This document shows positions 13,641-24,304 of a stretch of 64,000 bases of DNA, piece after piece (the stretch's first letter is position 1; every line of letters starts with the position of its first letter). A model generated the notes under the pieces. That model did no database searches and had not been told where the DNA came from. It saw nothing but the letters and a program-made list of their open reading frames with translations. The position numbers and the translations under genes are program-made. The DNA comes from Alphaproteobacteria bacterium (GTDB lineage: Bacteria > Pseudomonadota > Alphaproteobacteria > SP197): contig OZ245842.1 in assembly GCA_965228895.1 (NCBI GenBank), positions 3,104,001-3,168,000 of the forward strand, given 5' to 3'.

Positions 13641-14057
13641 TCAGAGGTTGGCGCCGGGCGTGAGAACCTGGCGCAGATGATCGGGCATACGGTGGGGCCG
13701 TCCGTCGGAACCGACGAAGGCGATCTTGAGTTTCATGCGCACAATCGCTTCACCGTCGCGCAGCACGTCCTGTTCCAGGCTCGCGCTGGCGCCGCCGGTT
13801 TTCAGGATGCGGGTTTCGACCTCCAGGAGGTCATCGAGCAGCGCGGGCTTGCGGTAATCGATCTCGCACCGCGAAACCGTGAAACCCGCGCCATAGGCGT
13901 CGCGCAAACTCGTGTGGTCGTAGCCGAGGTCGCGCATCCACTCCGTGCGGCCACGCTCCGCGAAACGCAGATAGGCGCTGTGATAGACAATGCCGCCGGC
14001 GTCGGTGTCTTCGTAATAGACCCGCACCGGGAACCGATGTGACGGCGTCTCAGCCAT
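13641..14057 (-). CDS. ybgC: Tol-Pal-associated acyl-CoA thioesterase
   Basis: [28 protein letters not shown]; ATG at 14057 overlaps the ruvB end. Confidence 0.93.
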   Translation of the reverse strand: MAETPSHRFPVRVYYEDTDAGGIVYHSAYLRFAERGRTEWMRDLGYDHTSLRDAYGAGFTVSRCEIDYRKPALLDDLLEVETRILKTGGASASLEQDVLRDGEAIVRMKLKIAFVGSDGRPHRMPDHLRQVLTPGANL

Positions 14058-15132
14058 CGCCTCCGTCTGCGCCCCCCTGGCCATTGCCTGAACCGCCCGG
14101 CTGATCGCCGGCGAAGATATCGAGCTGATCACGCAACGCGCGCGGCATGGTGAGGCCCAGGTGGTCAAAACTCGCTTGGGTCAAAAGCCGGCCGCGCGGT
14201 GTGCGTTGCAGGAATCCCTGCTGAATCAGAAACGGTTCGATCACGTCTTCCAAAGCATCCCGATGTTCGGAAAGCGCGGCCGCCACGGTCTCGACCCCCA
14301 CCGGCCCACCGCCATAGTTCTCCGCAATACAGGCCAAATAACGGCGATCCATGGCATCCAGACCACATTTGTCCACATCGAGGCGCTGCAGCGCCGCGTC
14401 GGCGGCGGCCTGGTCGATGGTGTCGTGGCCACCGACGGCGGCGAAATCGCGCACCCGGCGCAACAGGCGCACGGCAACGCGCGGGGTGCCGCGGGCACGC
14501 GTCGCAATCTCGCGCGCGCCGTCATCGGTCAACATCACACCCAAGACCCGCGCACCGCGCGCCACCACGGTCGTCATATCGTCGGCGCCATAGAAGTTGA
14601 GCCTGAGCGGAATGCCGAAGCGTTCGCGAAGCGGCGTCGTCAGCAGGCCCGAGCGGGTTGTCGCGCCGACAAGGGTGAACCGCGGTAGATCAATGCGTAC
14701 CGAACGCGCCGCTGGTCCCTCGCCGATGATGAGATCGAGCTGATAATCCTCCATCGCGGGATAGAGAACTTCCTCGACCGCCGGGTTGAGGCGGTGGATC
14801 TCGTCAATGAAGAGCACGTCACGCTCTTCCAGATTGGTCAACAGCGCGGCCAGATCGCCGGCGCGCGCGACCACCGGGCCTGATGTCGCGCGAAAACCGA
14901 CACCCATCTCACGCGCGACGATCTGCGCCAGTGTCGTTTTGCCGAGCCCTGGCGGCCCATGCAGCAGGACATGATCGAGCGCCTCGCGCCGACTGGCGGC
15001 GGCTTTCACGAAGACACGCAGGTTGTCGCAGACGTCACGCTGACCGATGAAATCGTCAAGCGTCAGGGGACGCAGTGAGCCGTCGAGATCGTCCTCGGCC
15101 GGGTCGCCGTCGATGACGCGGGCGTCGCTCAC
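14050..15132 (-). CDS. ruvB: Holliday junction branch migration helicase RuvB
   Basis: [34 protein letters not shown]. Confidence 0.98.
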   Translation of the reverse strand: MSDARVIDGDPAEDDLDGSLRPLTLDDFIGQRDVCDNLRVFVKAAASRREALDHVLLHGPPGLGKTTLAQIVAREMGVGFRATSGPVVARAGDLAALLTNLEERDVLFIDEIHRLNPAVEEVLYPAMEDYQLDLIIGEGPAARSVRIDLPRFTLVGATTRSGLLTTPLRERFGIPLRLNFYGADDMTTVVARGARVLGVMLTDDGAREIATRARGTPRVAVRLLRRVRDFAAVGGHDTIDQAAADAALQRLDVDKCGLDAMDRRYLACIAENYGGGPVGVETVAAALSEHRDALEDVIEPFLIQQGFLQRTPRGRLLTQASFDHLGLTMPRALRDQLDIFAGDQPGGSGNGQGGADGGDG

Positions 15133-15734
15133 CGGGCCAGTTCCTTCAGGCCATCGCGGATCAGGGTTTCGACGGCGGCCTTGTCACCCAGCGTCTTGCG
15201 GGCGGCTACGACGGCGCCATAGGCCTCGGACCGGCCATAGCCCAGGTTGACCAGGGCCGAGACCGCATCAGCGTCTGGCCCGATCTCGCCGGCCGGCGCC
15301 GGCGCCAGCGCCGCGCCCGGCCCCATGCCGATGTCGCCGACTTTGTCTTTCAGTTCGGCGACGACCCGCTGGGCGAGTTTCGGCCCGACGCCCTGGGCGC
15401 GTGCCACCGCGGTCTTGTCCTGGGCCAGGATCGCTTGGGTCAGTTCGTCGGCGGTGAGCGCGCTCAAAATCGCCAGCGCGACCCGGGCGCCGACGCCCTG
15501 AACATTCAACAGCATGCGGAACCAATCGCGTTCGCCGGTATCGGCAAAGCCATAAAGCTGCATCCGGTCATCGCGGATGAACGTCTCGACATAGGCGCTT
15601 GTCGGTTCGCCGACCGTCCCCAGAGCGCGCAAGGTCGAGGCCGAACAGGCGAGCTGGTAGCCGATGCCGCCGACATCGATCAGCGCCCAGTCGTCGCCCA
15701 TGCTGTCGATAACACCCGTCAGTTTCGCGATCAC
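15129..15734 (-). CDS. ruvA: Holliday junction branch migration protein RuvA
   Basis: [36 protein letters not shown]. Confidence 0.97.
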   Translation of the reverse strand: MIAKLTGVIDSMGDDWALIDVGGIGYQLACSASTLRALGTVGEPTSAYVETFIRDDRMQLYGFADTGERDWFRMLLNVQGVGARVALAILSALTADELTQAILAQDKTAVARAQGVGPKLAQRVVAELKDKVGDIGMGPGAALAPAPAGEIGPDADAVSALVNLGYGRSEAYGAVVAARKTLGDKAAVETLIRDGLKELAR

Positions 15735-16252
15735 GCGGTGGCCTCCTGATGGCGGCCGACCGCGTTGGACGTCGCCGCGTGATGGGCATGGCAGATGGCG
15801 ACGGCGAGCGCGTCGGCGGCATCCTCGCTGGCGATCGCTGCGCCGGGCAGCAGGACCGAGATCATCATGCCGACCTGGCCCTTGTCGGCCTTACCGGTGC
15901 CGACGACCGACTTCTTGACCAACCGGGTCGCGTATTCGTGGACCGCCAGACCGGCAAGCGCCGGCGCCAAAAGCGCCGCGCCACGGGCCAGGCCCAGCTT
16001 CAGCGTGGTGTCCGGGTTCTTGTTGACGAAGGTCTCCTCGACCGCGGCTTCGCGCGGCCCATGATCGGCAAGCACCACGTTCAGACCCTCGAAGATAAAC
16101 CGCAGGCGGTCGGCCATGGTGCCGCCGCGTGGCGGATCGATGGTGCCGTTGGCGACGTGGCTGAGCCGATTGCCATCGACGTCGATGACGCCCCAGCCGG
16201 TGTGGAGAAGACCTGGATCGATGCCCAGGAGGCGCATCGATCCCGGGCTCAC
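15731..16252 (-). CDS. ruvC: Crossover junction endodeoxyribonuclease RuvC
   Basis: [38 protein letters not shown]. Confidence 0.97.
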   Translation of the reverse strand: MSPGSMRLLGIDPGLLHTGWGVIDVDGNRLSHVANGTIDPPRGGTMADRLRFIFEGLNVVLADHGPREAAVEETFVNKNPDTTLKLGLARGAALLAPALAGLAVHEYATRLVKKSVVGTGKADKGQVGMMISVLLPGAAIASEDAADALAVAICHAHHAATSNAVGRHQEATA

Positions 16253-16998
16253 GCGACCAGGCGCTCCATAACGTCATCCGCGATTTCAAAGTTCGCGGAG
16301 ACGGACTGAACGTCGTCGTTGTCTTCCAGCGTGTCGATCAGCTTCAGCAGGGTGCCGGCCTTGTCCTCGTCGACCTCGATGGTGTTCTGCGGACGCCAGA
16401 TCAGGCCGGCCTCCTGCGGTTCGCCGAACTGGTCGACCAGGGCGTCGCTGACCTGGCCGAAGTCGCCGGTGTCGCAGATGATCTCGTGGGTCTCGTCGTC
16501 GGAGACGACATCGGTGGCGCCGGCTTCCAGCGCGGCCTCGAACATGGTGTCAGCATCGGCGACGCCGGCGTCGAAAACGACATGGCCGATGCGGTCGAAC
16601 ATGAAGGCAACGCTGTTGGTCTCGCCCAAGGATCCGCTGAACTTGTTAAAGGCGGCGCGGACCTCGGGCGCCGTGCGATTCCGGTTATCGGTCAGCGCCT
16701 CGACAATCAGCGCGACGCCGCCCGGACCGTAGCCCTCGTAGCGGATTTCCTCGTAGTTGGCGTTGTCGTCGCCGCCGGCCGCGCGTTTGATCGCGCGCTC
16801 GATGGCGTCCTTGCCCATGTTGACGGCGCGCGCGGCGGCAATCGCCGAGCGCAGGCGCGGGTTATGTTCGGGGTCGGGCATGCCGGTTTTGGCGGCAACC
16901 GCGATCTCTCGCCCGACCTTGGTGAACTGTTTCGCCCGCTTGGCGTCCTGCGCGCCTTTGCGGTGCTGGATGTTTTTCCATTTGGAATGGCCGGCCAT
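16249..16998 (-). CDS. yebC: YebC/PmpR family protein
   Basis: [43 protein letters not shown]. Confidence 0.96.
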   Translation of the reverse strand: MAGHSKWKNIQHRKGAQDAKRAKQFTKVGREIAVAAKTGMPDPEHNPRLRSAIAAARAVNMGKDAIERAIKRAAGGDDNANYEEIRYEGYGPGGVALIVEALTDNRNRTAPEVRAAFNKFSGSLGETNSVAFMFDRIGHVVFDAGVADADTMFEAALEAGATDVVSDDETHEIICDTGDFGQVSDALVDQFGEPQEAGLIWRPQNTIEVDEDKAGTLLKLIDTLEDNDDVQSVSANFEIADDVMERLVA

Positions 16999-17141
16999 GG
17001 CGTCCTCAAACCCTCTCGTAGCTTCACCAGATATCGCGGCCCGCTGCAAAGCACAATACCACATCGTGGTATGACAGGGGCAGAAATGCGCCGATTCCGG
17101 CTATTCTGTCCCGGTTTGCTGGGGATATCGCATCCCGGTCG

Positions 17142-18044
17142 TCACCCGATCGTCGACCCGGTCTTCAGATAGTCGACAAACAGGCGGAACACCGTGAGCC
17201 GCGTGCTCTCCCTGGGGAAATATAGGAAGAAGCCCGGCCGCTCAACGGCGTGTTCGTCGAGCACGCTCTCCAGGGCGCCAGACGCCAACTCGTCGATGAT
17301 GTTGCCCTCAAACAACCAGCACAGCCCCAGGCCCTGTTTGGCCGCCTCGATCTGCGCCGTCGTCGAGTCCACGATCAGGTTGCCGGAGACGTCGACCGCA
17401 TAGATGCCGTCCGGGCCCTGAAACTGCCATGCGGCGAACTGTTTCGAGCCGATATAGCGGTAGCGGATGCAATTGTGCTGCAGCAGATCGCGCGGCTCCC
17501 GTGGCCGGCCGTGCCGGTCCAGATAGGCGGGCGAGGCGAAATAGATCTCCTTTTGCGGTGGGGTCAGGCGCACGGCGACCATGGTGTCGTGGACCAGATG
17601 GCCCATGCGCACGCCGGCATGGAAACCCTCGCTGACGATGTCGACGAAGCCTTCGTTGAACGAGAACTCCAGCTCGACATCGGGATAGGCCTCGCGAAAC
17701 GCCGCCAGACGCTTGACCAGGGACAACTGGAAGGCGGCGAAGGCCACGGTCACGCGGATTGTGCCTTTGGTCGCCTTGCCGATGCCCCGCGCCTCCTCCA
17801 GCGCTTCGCCGATCTCCGCCATGGCCGGCTGGGCGCGGCGCAGCAACTGGCGCCCGGCATCGGTCAGCTTCACCGAACGGGTGGTGCGGGCAAAAACGCT
17901 GACACCAATCTGCTCCTCCAGCGCCTTCAGTTGCAGGCTGACCGCCGGCGGCTGGACGCCAAGCGCCGCCGCGGCGGCGCGTAGCGAGCCGTGCTCGGCA
18001 ACCGCCAGAAAGGTCTCCAGGCCGCGGATTGGCGTCTCAGCCAT
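17142..18044 (-). CDS. LysR-family regulator (CrgA-like)
   Basis: FLAVAEHGSLRAAAAALGVQPPAVS, DIVSEGFHAGVRMG, ASPAYL. Confidence 0.92.
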   Translation of the reverse strand: MAETPIRGLETFLAVAEHGSLRAAAAALGVQPPAVSLQLKALEEQIGVSVFARTTRSVKLTDAGRQLLRRAQPAMAEIGEALEEARGIGKATKGTIRVTVAFAAFQLSLVKRLAAFREAYPDVELEFSFNEGFVDIVSEGFHAGVRMGHLVHDTMVAVRLTPPQKEIYFASPAYLDRHGRPREPRDLLQHNCIRYRYIGSKQFAAWQFQGPDGIYAVDVSGNLIVDSTTAQIEAAKQGLGLCWLFEGNIIDELASGALESVLDEHAVERPGFFLYFPRESTRLTVFRLFVDYLKTGSTIG

Positions 18045-18148
18045 TATTTAGATCTGCTTATCTGTAAAGTAAGATTATAAAGTCTACACGAATTAATCAG
18101 TCTGATCTATCTGGTTTCCAGAGACCACGAACGAGGGGGCCAACGACG

Positions 18149-18598
18149 ATGACGACACGACACAAGGGCGCCTGTCAGTGCGGCGCGGTGACCTATGAGG
18201 CCCAGGGCGATCCCATCATGGTCTTTGCCTGCCACTGCACGATCTGCCAGCGCCAGTCAGGCGCGGCGTTCGGCATGGCGGTGGTGTTCGACGGCGCTGA
18301 TTTCACGCTATCAGGCAAGGCGCCCGCCCATTTCGTCCGGCCCGGCCATGGCCGCGACTTCCGCTGTTACTTCTGCCCGGATTGCGGCACCCGGCTCTAT
18401 CACCAGTGGTTCACGGCCGAGGGCGACTATCCCTTCTTGAGCGTCAAGCCCGGCACGCTCGACGACACCGGCTGGGTCAAACCGGGCTGCCATGTCTGGA
18501 CCCGCCACGCGCAGCCCTGGATGCGCTTCGGCGCGGACGAGGTGGTGTTCGACGAACAGCCCGACCTCGACGCCATGCCGAAGTTCGCTGCGCCATGA
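18149..18598 (+). CDS. GFA (glutathione-dependent formaldehyde-activating/CENP-V) family protein
   Basis: GACQCGAV, CHCTICQR, FCPDCGT zinc ligands. Confidence 0.9.
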   Translation: MTTRHKGACQCGAVTYEAQGDPIMVFACHCTICQRQSGAAFGMAVVFDGADFTLSGKAPAHFVRPGHGRDFRCYFCPDCGTRLYHQWFTAEGDYPFLSVKPGTLDDTGWVKPGCHVWTRHAQPWMRFGADEVVFDEQPDLDAMPKFAAP

Positions 18599-19542
18599 GC
18601 GTCGTGCATGCCGCGCGCCCGGACCGGGTCGCGCTCGGCTTCACCATCATGACGGCGACGGCGCTGGGGCTCGCCTTCTCCGATGCCATGGTCAAACTGT
18701 TGAGCACCGACTTTTCGGTCTGGCAGGTCTTCACCGCGCGCGCATTCGTCGCGGTCCCCCTGCTTGCGGCATTGCTGATGTGGGGCGGCGGCTGGCAGGC
18801 ACTTGTGCCGCGGGCACCCGGTTGGGTGATCCTGCGCTGCCTGTGCCTGATGGCGATGTGGCTCGCTTTCTATACGGCCCTGCCCCTGCTCAACCTGGCG
18901 GTCGCGGCGGCCGGCTACTACACCGGCCCGCTCTTCATCACGCTGTTGTCGGCGCTTCTGATCGGCGAGGCGGTCGGCGCGAAACGCTGGGCCGCGATCG
19001 CGATCGGTTTCGCCGGCGTGCTCGTGATCCTGCGGCCCGGCACCGACGCGTTCAGCGTGGTCGCGCTGTTGCCGGTGCTGGCCGCCGTCTTTTACGCGCT
19101 CGCCGCCGTCATCACGCGCGCCAAATGCACCGAAGAGAACCCGCTTGCCCTGGCCTTCGCCCTCAATGTCGCGTTCCTGGTGTTCGGTCTGGTCGGCTCG
19201 ACCGCTGTCATCTTGATGGAGCCGGGCAATGTCGAAGCGACCGCCTACCGTTTCATGCTGGCCGACTGGTCGCCAATGGGCTTCAAAGAATGGGTCATCA
19301 TGGCGTTTCTGGCGGTGCTGATCGTCGGCGTCACCACCGGCACGGCCAAGGCCTATCAAAGCGCCCCCGGCGCCATCATCGCCGCATTCGACTACACCTA
19401 TCTGGTGTTCGCCACACTGTTCAGCCTGGTGATCTTCGCGGCACCGCTGGATCTCTTGACCGTCACCGGCATGGTGCTGATCACCGGCGCCGGCATGCTC
19501 GCCATCGCGCCCGAACGCCTCCTGCGCCGCGTCAGGTCTTGA
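18595..19542 (+). CDS. DMT/EamA-family transporter
   Basis: About 10 hydrophobic segments, GEAVG..RW.AI.IGFAGVLVILRPG; ATGA overlap with the GFA gene. Confidence 0.9.
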   Translation: MSVVHAARPDRVALGFTIMTATALGLAFSDAMVKLLSTDFSVWQVFTARAFVAVPLLAALLMWGGGWQALVPRAPGWVILRCLCLMAMWLAFYTALPLLNLAVAAAGYYTGPLFITLLSALLIGEAVGAKRWAAIAIGFAGVLVILRPGTDAFSVVALLPVLAAVFYALAAVITRAKCTEENPLALAFALNVAFLVFGLVGSTAVILMEPGNVEATAYRFMLADWSPMGFKEWVIMAFLAVLIVGVTTGTAKAYQSAPGAIIAAFDYTYLVFATLFSLVIFAAPLDLLTVTGMVLITGAGMLAIAPERLLRRVRS

Positions 19543-19714
19543 AAACGGAGTCCGCCGAGGCACGCGCCGACTGTTTGCTGGCGATCATCGCCTGCGCGCG
19601 TTTGATCTCGGCTTCGAGCTCGACGACATAGTCGCCCAGCGCCTCAATCGACATGCCCTCCAGCTCCTTCGTTGTTGGCTTGGGCCGGAGCGGTTCAAGA
19701 TCGTCAGTGTCCAT
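19532..19714 (-). CDS. DUF1192-family small protein
   Basis: MDTDDLEP...LEGMSIEAL...LEAEIKRA...SARASADSVFK; usual neighbour of the PIG3 oxidoreductase. Confidence 0.85.
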   Translation of the reverse strand: MDTDDLEPLRPKPTTKELEGMSIEALGDYVVELEAEIKRAQAMIASKQSARASADSVFKT

Positions 19715-19774
19715 CAATGAAGGCTCCGTTGTTGTTAGCGGCACACCGCCAGCGCGCTCGACTGGGCCATGACG

Positions 19775-20218
19775 TTACTCAGCCAGGTTGACGCCGTTCT
19801 GGTTGAGCACCTGCACGATCTTGGGAACGTCCAACGGCCCCGGCGGGATCTCCCGATCGACCGCGGTGAACATTTGGGACGCAAGACTACCCTGGCCGGT
19901 GATCTCCAGCATTTCTCCGCCACCGGGCCCATAGGTGAAACCATGGACGGTTCCAGCCGGCAGATGCACCAGCGTCCCGGCGGTCGCCACTCTGGCCTCG
20001 CCACCGACAGTGAACGCGACGCTGCCCTTGGTGACAAAAAAGGCCTCGTCCCAGTCATGGCTGTGTGGCGGTGGGCCCGTGCCTTCGTCACCGCGTTGAA
20101 ACGTAATCTCGTAGCCGCCCGTCGCGGCCTTCGACGCGAGCACGGTCACTTCGGTTCCGACGACGTTCAACGCCCGATCGTAGTCTTCAGGCGCGACGAC
20201 CAGTGGTTCTTTTTTCAT
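19775..20218 (-). CDS. Cupin-domain protein
   Basis: GPPPHSHDWDEAFFV...G and PAGTVHGF cupin motifs. Confidence 0.85.
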   Translation of the reverse strand: MKKEPLVVAPEDYDRALNVVGTEVTVLASKAATGGYEITFQRGDEGTGPPPHSHDWDEAFFVTKGSVAFTVGGEARVATAGTLVHLPAGTVHGFTYGPGGGEMLEITGQGSLASQMFTAVDREIPPGPLDVPKIVQVLNQNGVNLAE

Positions 20219-20367
20219 GGTTGACGGGTCTCCCTGTTGAAACCGGCGGATCATCGCGCTGCGCCCGTGAACGATAGGATGCCGACGCCCTCCACGAATA
20301 TCCGGCTGTGTAGTATAGGAAGCCTAGACCTCGCCGCCAACGCACGCGAACAGACAAGGAGACCACC

Positions 20368-21369
20368 ATGGCCGCCACCATCCCGAGCCAGATGACCGTG
20401 ATCGAATATGACGGCGCCGGCGGGCCGGAGGTCATCAAGACGGCGACGCGGGATGTGCCGGCGCCGGATGTCGGCGAGGTGCTGGTCAAGGTGCATGCCG
20501 CCGGCGTCAACCGGCCGGACGTGCTGCAGCGCCTCGGCGGTTACCCCCCGCCGCCCGGCGCCAGCGATGTTCCGGGCCTGGAGGTCGCCGGCGAGGTCGT
20601 GGCGCTGGGACCGGACGCCGACCGCTGGAAGCTCGGCGATCAGGTGATGGCGCTCGTGACCGGCGGCGGCTACGCCGAATACTGCGCCGTGCCGCAGCCC
20701 CAGGCACTTGCCATCCCCGCAAGCCTCTCGATGGCCGAGGCGGCGGGCGTGCCGGAGACCTTCTTCACCGTCTGGACCAACGTTTTCCAGCGCGGCCGGC
20801 TCCAGGCCGGCGAACGCTTCCTGGTGCATGGCGGGGCAAGCGGCATCGGCACCACGGCGATCCAGCTTGCCGAAGCCCGCGGCGCCCGCGTCTTCGCCAC
20901 CGCCGGCGACGACGCACGTTGCCGGGCGTGTGAAGAGCTTGGCGCCGAGCGTGCCATCAACTACCGCGACGAAGACTTCGTCGAGATCCTGAACGAGGTC
21001 ACCGGCGGCCAGGGCATCGACGTCATCCTGGACATGGTCGGCGGCGACTATATCGCCAAGAACCTGAAGCTCCTGGCGATCGAAGGCCGCATCGTCTTCA
21101 TCGCCTTCCTGGGTGGCTCGAAGGCCGAGATCAACTTTCTGCCCTTGATGATGAAACGCGGCACCATCACCGGCTCGACCCTGCGCGCCCAAAGCGTCGA
21201 GGCCAAGGGCCAGATCGCCGATGAGTTGGCGCGCGAGGTCCTGCCGCTCTTGGAAACCGGCCGCGTCAAACCGATCGTCCACGCCACCTACCCGCTGGCC
21301 GACGCCGCCGACGCCCACCGCGCCATCGACGAGGCCCACGTCGGCAAGATCGTGCTGACGATGGGTTAG
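20368..21369 (+). CDS. NAD(P)H-quinone oxidoreductase, PIG3 family
   Basis: AAGVNRPDVLQRLGGYPPPPGAS, PETFFTVWTNVF, HGGASGIG, GSTLR. Confidence 0.93.
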   Translation: MAATIPSQMTVIEYDGAGGPEVIKTATRDVPAPDVGEVLVKVHAAGVNRPDVLQRLGGYPPPPGASDVPGLEVAGEVVALGPDADRWKLGDQVMALVTGGGYAEYCAVPQPQALAIPASLSMAEAAGVPETFFTVWTNVFQRGRLQAGERFLVHGGASGIGTTAIQLAEARGARVFATAGDDARCRACEELGAERAINYRDEDFVEILNEVTGGQGIDVILDMVGGDYIAKNLKLLAIEGRIVFIAFLGGSKAEINFLPLMMKRGTITGSTLRAQSVEAKGQIADELAREVLPLLETGRVKPIVHATYPLADAADAHRAIDEAHVGKIVLTMG

Positions 21370-21435
21370 CGACCAGCGGGGCGAAATCGACACCGGTGCG
21401 CGGAGACGTGGCGCCAGGGCCTGATTGATGCGGGC

Positions 21436-21487
21436 TTGACACGATTAGGACACTTGTCCTAAATCTCCATTAGGACAAATGACCTAG
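21436..21487 (+). promoter_or_regulatory. Sigma70-like promoter overlapped by two TetR-type operators
   Basis: TTGACA at 21436; perfect palindrome TTAGGACA-CT-TGTCCTAA (21445-21462); imperfect copy TAGGACA-AA-TGACCTA (21471-21486). Confidence 0.75.
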
Positions 21488-21541
21488 GACTCGGTGAGCG
21501 GCCATGCCCCTAAGCTGGCAGCGCATCGAGAAGAACGGACG

Positions 21542-22156
21542 ATGGACCAGTCATCAACGCGCGAACGCATTGTGGGTGAGGCCGATCAGCTCTTTTATGA
21601 GCAGGGTTTCGACCACACATCCTTCGCCGACATCGCCGACGCCGTCAGTATCTCGCGCGGCAACTTTTATCATCACTTCAAGACCAAGGACGACATCCTG
21701 GGAGCCGTCATCAAGAAGCGGCTGGCCAAGACCGAAGAGATGCTGCGGGGCTGGGAAGCCGACGGCGCCACGCCTGAGGCGCGTATTCATAGCTTCATCG
21801 ACATCCTGCTGGTCAACGAGACGGCGATCATGAAGTTCGGCTGCCCGGTCGGCACGCTCTGCGGCGAACTGGCGAAGCTGAACCATGATGCGCGAGGTGA
21901 CGCCGGCGCTGTCTTCACGCTCTTCCGAGACTGGCTGCGCCGGCAGTTCGTTCTTGCCGGCCATGAAGCCGAGGCGGACACCTGGGCCATGCATCTTCTG
22001 GCGCGTAGTCAAGGCGTCGCGACGATGGCCAACGCCTTCCACGACGATGATTTCGTGCAGGCGGAGGTCAATCTGATGAAAGCATGGCTGCGTTCGGTCT
22101 TGACCGGTGCGCCGTCATCCGATGCAGCCCGTGATCATTCTTCATCAAACAAATAG
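21542..22156 (+). CDS. TetR/AcrR-family regulator
   Basis: TRERIV...LFYEQGFDHTSFADIADAVSISRGNFYHHFKTKDDIL, GCPVG. Confidence 0.92.
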   Translation: MDQSSTRERIVGEADQLFYEQGFDHTSFADIADAVSISRGNFYHHFKTKDDILGAVIKKRLAKTEEMLRGWEADGATPEARIHSFIDILLVNETAIMKFGCPVGTLCGELAKLNHDARGDAGAVFTLFRDWLRRQFVLAGHEAEADTWAMHLLARSQGVATMANAFHDDDFVQAEVNLMKAWLRSVLTGAPSSDAARDHSSSNK

Positions 22157-22169
22157 GAGGACACCTGTC

Positions 22170-22457
22170 ATGTTCGTGGTTTGCCTGCGGTTTTCAGAGA
22201 ACAAGGCATCGGCCCCGGCGCTGATGGACGGCCACAGAGCCTGGATCGAAAAGGGTGTCGCCGACGGCGTGTTTCTTCTGGTTGGAAGCCTGCAGCCGAG
22301 CGCCGGTGGCGCGATCATCGCCCACGGCCTCAGCCGTGACGAAATCGAGAGCCGGGTCGCCGACGATCCGTTCGTCGCGGAGAAGGTTGTCGAAGCGGAA
22401 GTCCTTGAGGTCACACCCAACCGCGCCGATTCCCGCCTCGACTTCCTGATGGGCTGA
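22170..22457 (+). CDS. YciI-family protein
   Basis: GHRAWI, GSLQP..GGAII, DDPFV; RBS AGGAGG. Confidence 0.8.
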   Translation: MFVVCLRFSENKASAPALMDGHRAWIEKGVADGVFLLVGSLQPSAGGAIIAHGLSRDEIESRVADDPFVAEKVVEAEVLEVTPNRADSRLDFLMG

Positions 22458-22569
22458 CGCCGTTTTCCCAGTAGACAGTCCCGACAATCGCAACAAGACA
22501 TTGACGCGGTGCGGCGGCGGTGCCACCGCTTCCCGTCACAGGTTTGGTGAGAGTTTCGCCTCTCTGCCG

Positions 22570-23058
22570 CTAAGGCAGGGCGAGCCTCTCAAGCCCCGTC
22601 TTATCCAGGCTCATCAACGTCGCGACCGCGTCGTCGCGCGCCGCGCCCAGGCGGTCGTAGAAGCGGTAGGCTTCGGCGTTCTCTACCCAGACTTCCCAGA
22701 AGACGGCCTGGCAGCCGAGATCGAGGGCGTGGCGGGCGACGCCGGCCATCAGCGCCTGGCCGATGCCTCTACCCTTGGTGTCCGGCCCGACCGAGAGATC
22801 GGCGAGGTAGAGTTTGCGCCGGCCGTCGTGAAGCTGGAGCGCGCGGGTCAGGACAGCGACACCGGCGACGTGTTTGTCCATCGTCGCAACCAGCATGTCG
22901 CACCAACGGCTCGGGCCGAAAGCGAGCGGGGCGAGCGTCTCGGGTGTCCAATCCGGCGGCTCGTCATCGACGTGTCGCGCCAAGTGAGCACCGAGCGCGA
23001 TGATGGTGGGCAGGTCGGCGCGGCGGGCGCGGCGAACGTTGGGCTGTGACTTGGTCAT
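22570..23058 (-). CDS. GNAT-family acetyltransferase
   Basis: LYLADLSVGPDTKGRGIGQALM, NAEAYRFYDRLG; ATG at 23058 overlaps the stop of the upstream GNAT. Confidence 0.85.
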   Translation of the reverse strand: MTKSQPNVRRARRADLPTIIALGAHLARHVDDEPPDWTPETLAPLAFGPSRWCDMLVATMDKHVAGVAVLTRALQLHDGRRKLYLADLSVGPDTKGRGIGQALMAGVARHALDLGCQAVFWEVWVENAEAYRFYDRLGAARDDAVATLMSLDKTGLERLALP

Positions 23059-23525
23059 GAGGCGCCCTCTCCTGCCAGATCCTTCGCCATATAGACGCGG
23101 GGGAAGCCGCGTTCGGTGCGGCGGTCGGTCTCGACATAGCCGCGCCGGGTGTAGATCTCGATGTTCTCGGTCATCATCTCGTGGGTGTAGAGGTCGAGGC
23201 GGTCGTGGCCGCGCCGGGCGGCCTCGGCCTCGGCGAAGTCCATCAGGCGGCGGCCGAGGCCCGAGCCCTGAGCTTCGGGCGCGACGGCGATGTTGTCGAA
23301 CAGGATCGTGCCGTCCGGCTTTTCGATCAGGACGACCACGCCGCTGATCGTCTGGCCATCGCGCGCGACATGGACGATGTGATCGGCGATGACGGCCGCA
23401 TAATCGTCCAGCATGGGCCCCGGTTTCGTGCCGATCCGCGCGATGTAGGGGGTATAGGCGGCATTGACCACCGCCGTGATGGCGGCGGCGTCCTCGGGTC
23501 TTGCTGGTGAAAGGGTCCACGTCAT
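23055..23525 (-). CDS. GNAT-family acetyltransferase
   Basis: NIAVAPEAQGSGLGRRLM, LYTHEMMTENIEIYTRRGY. Confidence 0.9.
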   Translation of the reverse strand: MTWTLSPARPEDAAAITAVVNAAYTPYIARIGTKPGPMLDDYAAVIADHIVHVARDGQTISGVVVLIEKPDGTILFDNIAVAPEAQGSGLGRRLMDFAEAEAARRGHDRLDLYTHEMMTENIEIYTRRGYVETDRRTERGFPRVYMAKDLAGEGAS

Positions 23526-23683
23526 GGCCCTAAGCCTATGCCGGAAGCGTGAAACGGGCCATGGCCGCCATGGTTGTCACCGGCCCGCCCGTCGACTAAG
23601 TAACAGGGAGCATTCAGAGACTGCCGCGTTGGGGCTTGGCCCCTGGGTCCAGCCCACGGCGGCCGCCTCATTAAGGAGATATC

Positions 23684-24292
23684 ATGGTTCAACTGCTGAT
23701 GCCCCAGGCGACTGCCGTCTGGCTGGTCGACAACACCACCCTTTCCTTTGGGCAAATCGCCGATTTCTGCGGCATGCATCCCTTGGAAATCCAGGCGATC
23801 GCCGACGGCGAGGTCGCCGTCAATATCGTCGGCCAGGACCCGGTGACCGGCGGGCAGTTGACGCCCGAAGAGGTCGCACGCTGCGAAAAGGACCCGGACG
23901 CCCGGCTCGAGATGCGCCTGCGCGAGGATCTGCCGCAACCCAAGCAGACCAAGAGCCGCTATACGCCGGTCTCCAAGCGCCAGGACAAGCCCGACGCGAT
24001 CGAGTTCCTGGTGCGCCGGTTCCCGCAGTTATCCGATGCCCAGATCATGCGCCTGGTCGGCACCACCAAGCAGACCATCAACGCGGTGCGCGAGCACACC
24101 CACAAGAACAGCGCCAACATCGTGCCCAAGGACCCGGTGCTGCTGGGCCTTTGCAGCCGCGACAAGCTGAACACGGAAATCGACAAGGCGAACGCCAAGG
24201 TCAAGGCCAAGGAATCGGCCATGGAAAAGGCGCGCGCCGAACTGGCCGCCCGCGACGAGGCGGAGATCCAGGCGGGCGACGTCTCGTCCTAG
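23684..24292 (+). CDS. DUF1013-family conserved alphaproteobacterial protein
   Basis: LMPQATAVWLVDNTTLSFGQIADFCGMHPLEI, RYTPVSKRQDKPDAI, PKDPVLLGLCS. Confidence 0.92.
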   Translation: MVQLLMPQATAVWLVDNTTLSFGQIADFCGMHPLEIQAIADGEVAVNIVGQDPVTGGQLTPEEVARCEKDPDARLEMRLREDLPQPKQTKSRYTPVSKRQDKPDAIEFLVRRFPQLSDAQIMRLVGTTKQTINAVREHTHKNSANIVPKDPVLLGLCSRDKLNTEIDKANAKVKAKESAMEKARAELAARDEAEIQAGDVSS

Positions 24293-24304
24293 GATAGCCG
24301 TTCG

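Noticed and set aside
20368-21369. AcuI acryloyl-CoA reductase assignment
   Set aside because: Motifs fit the PIG3 quinone oxidoreductase family in its usual DUF1192/DUF1013 context
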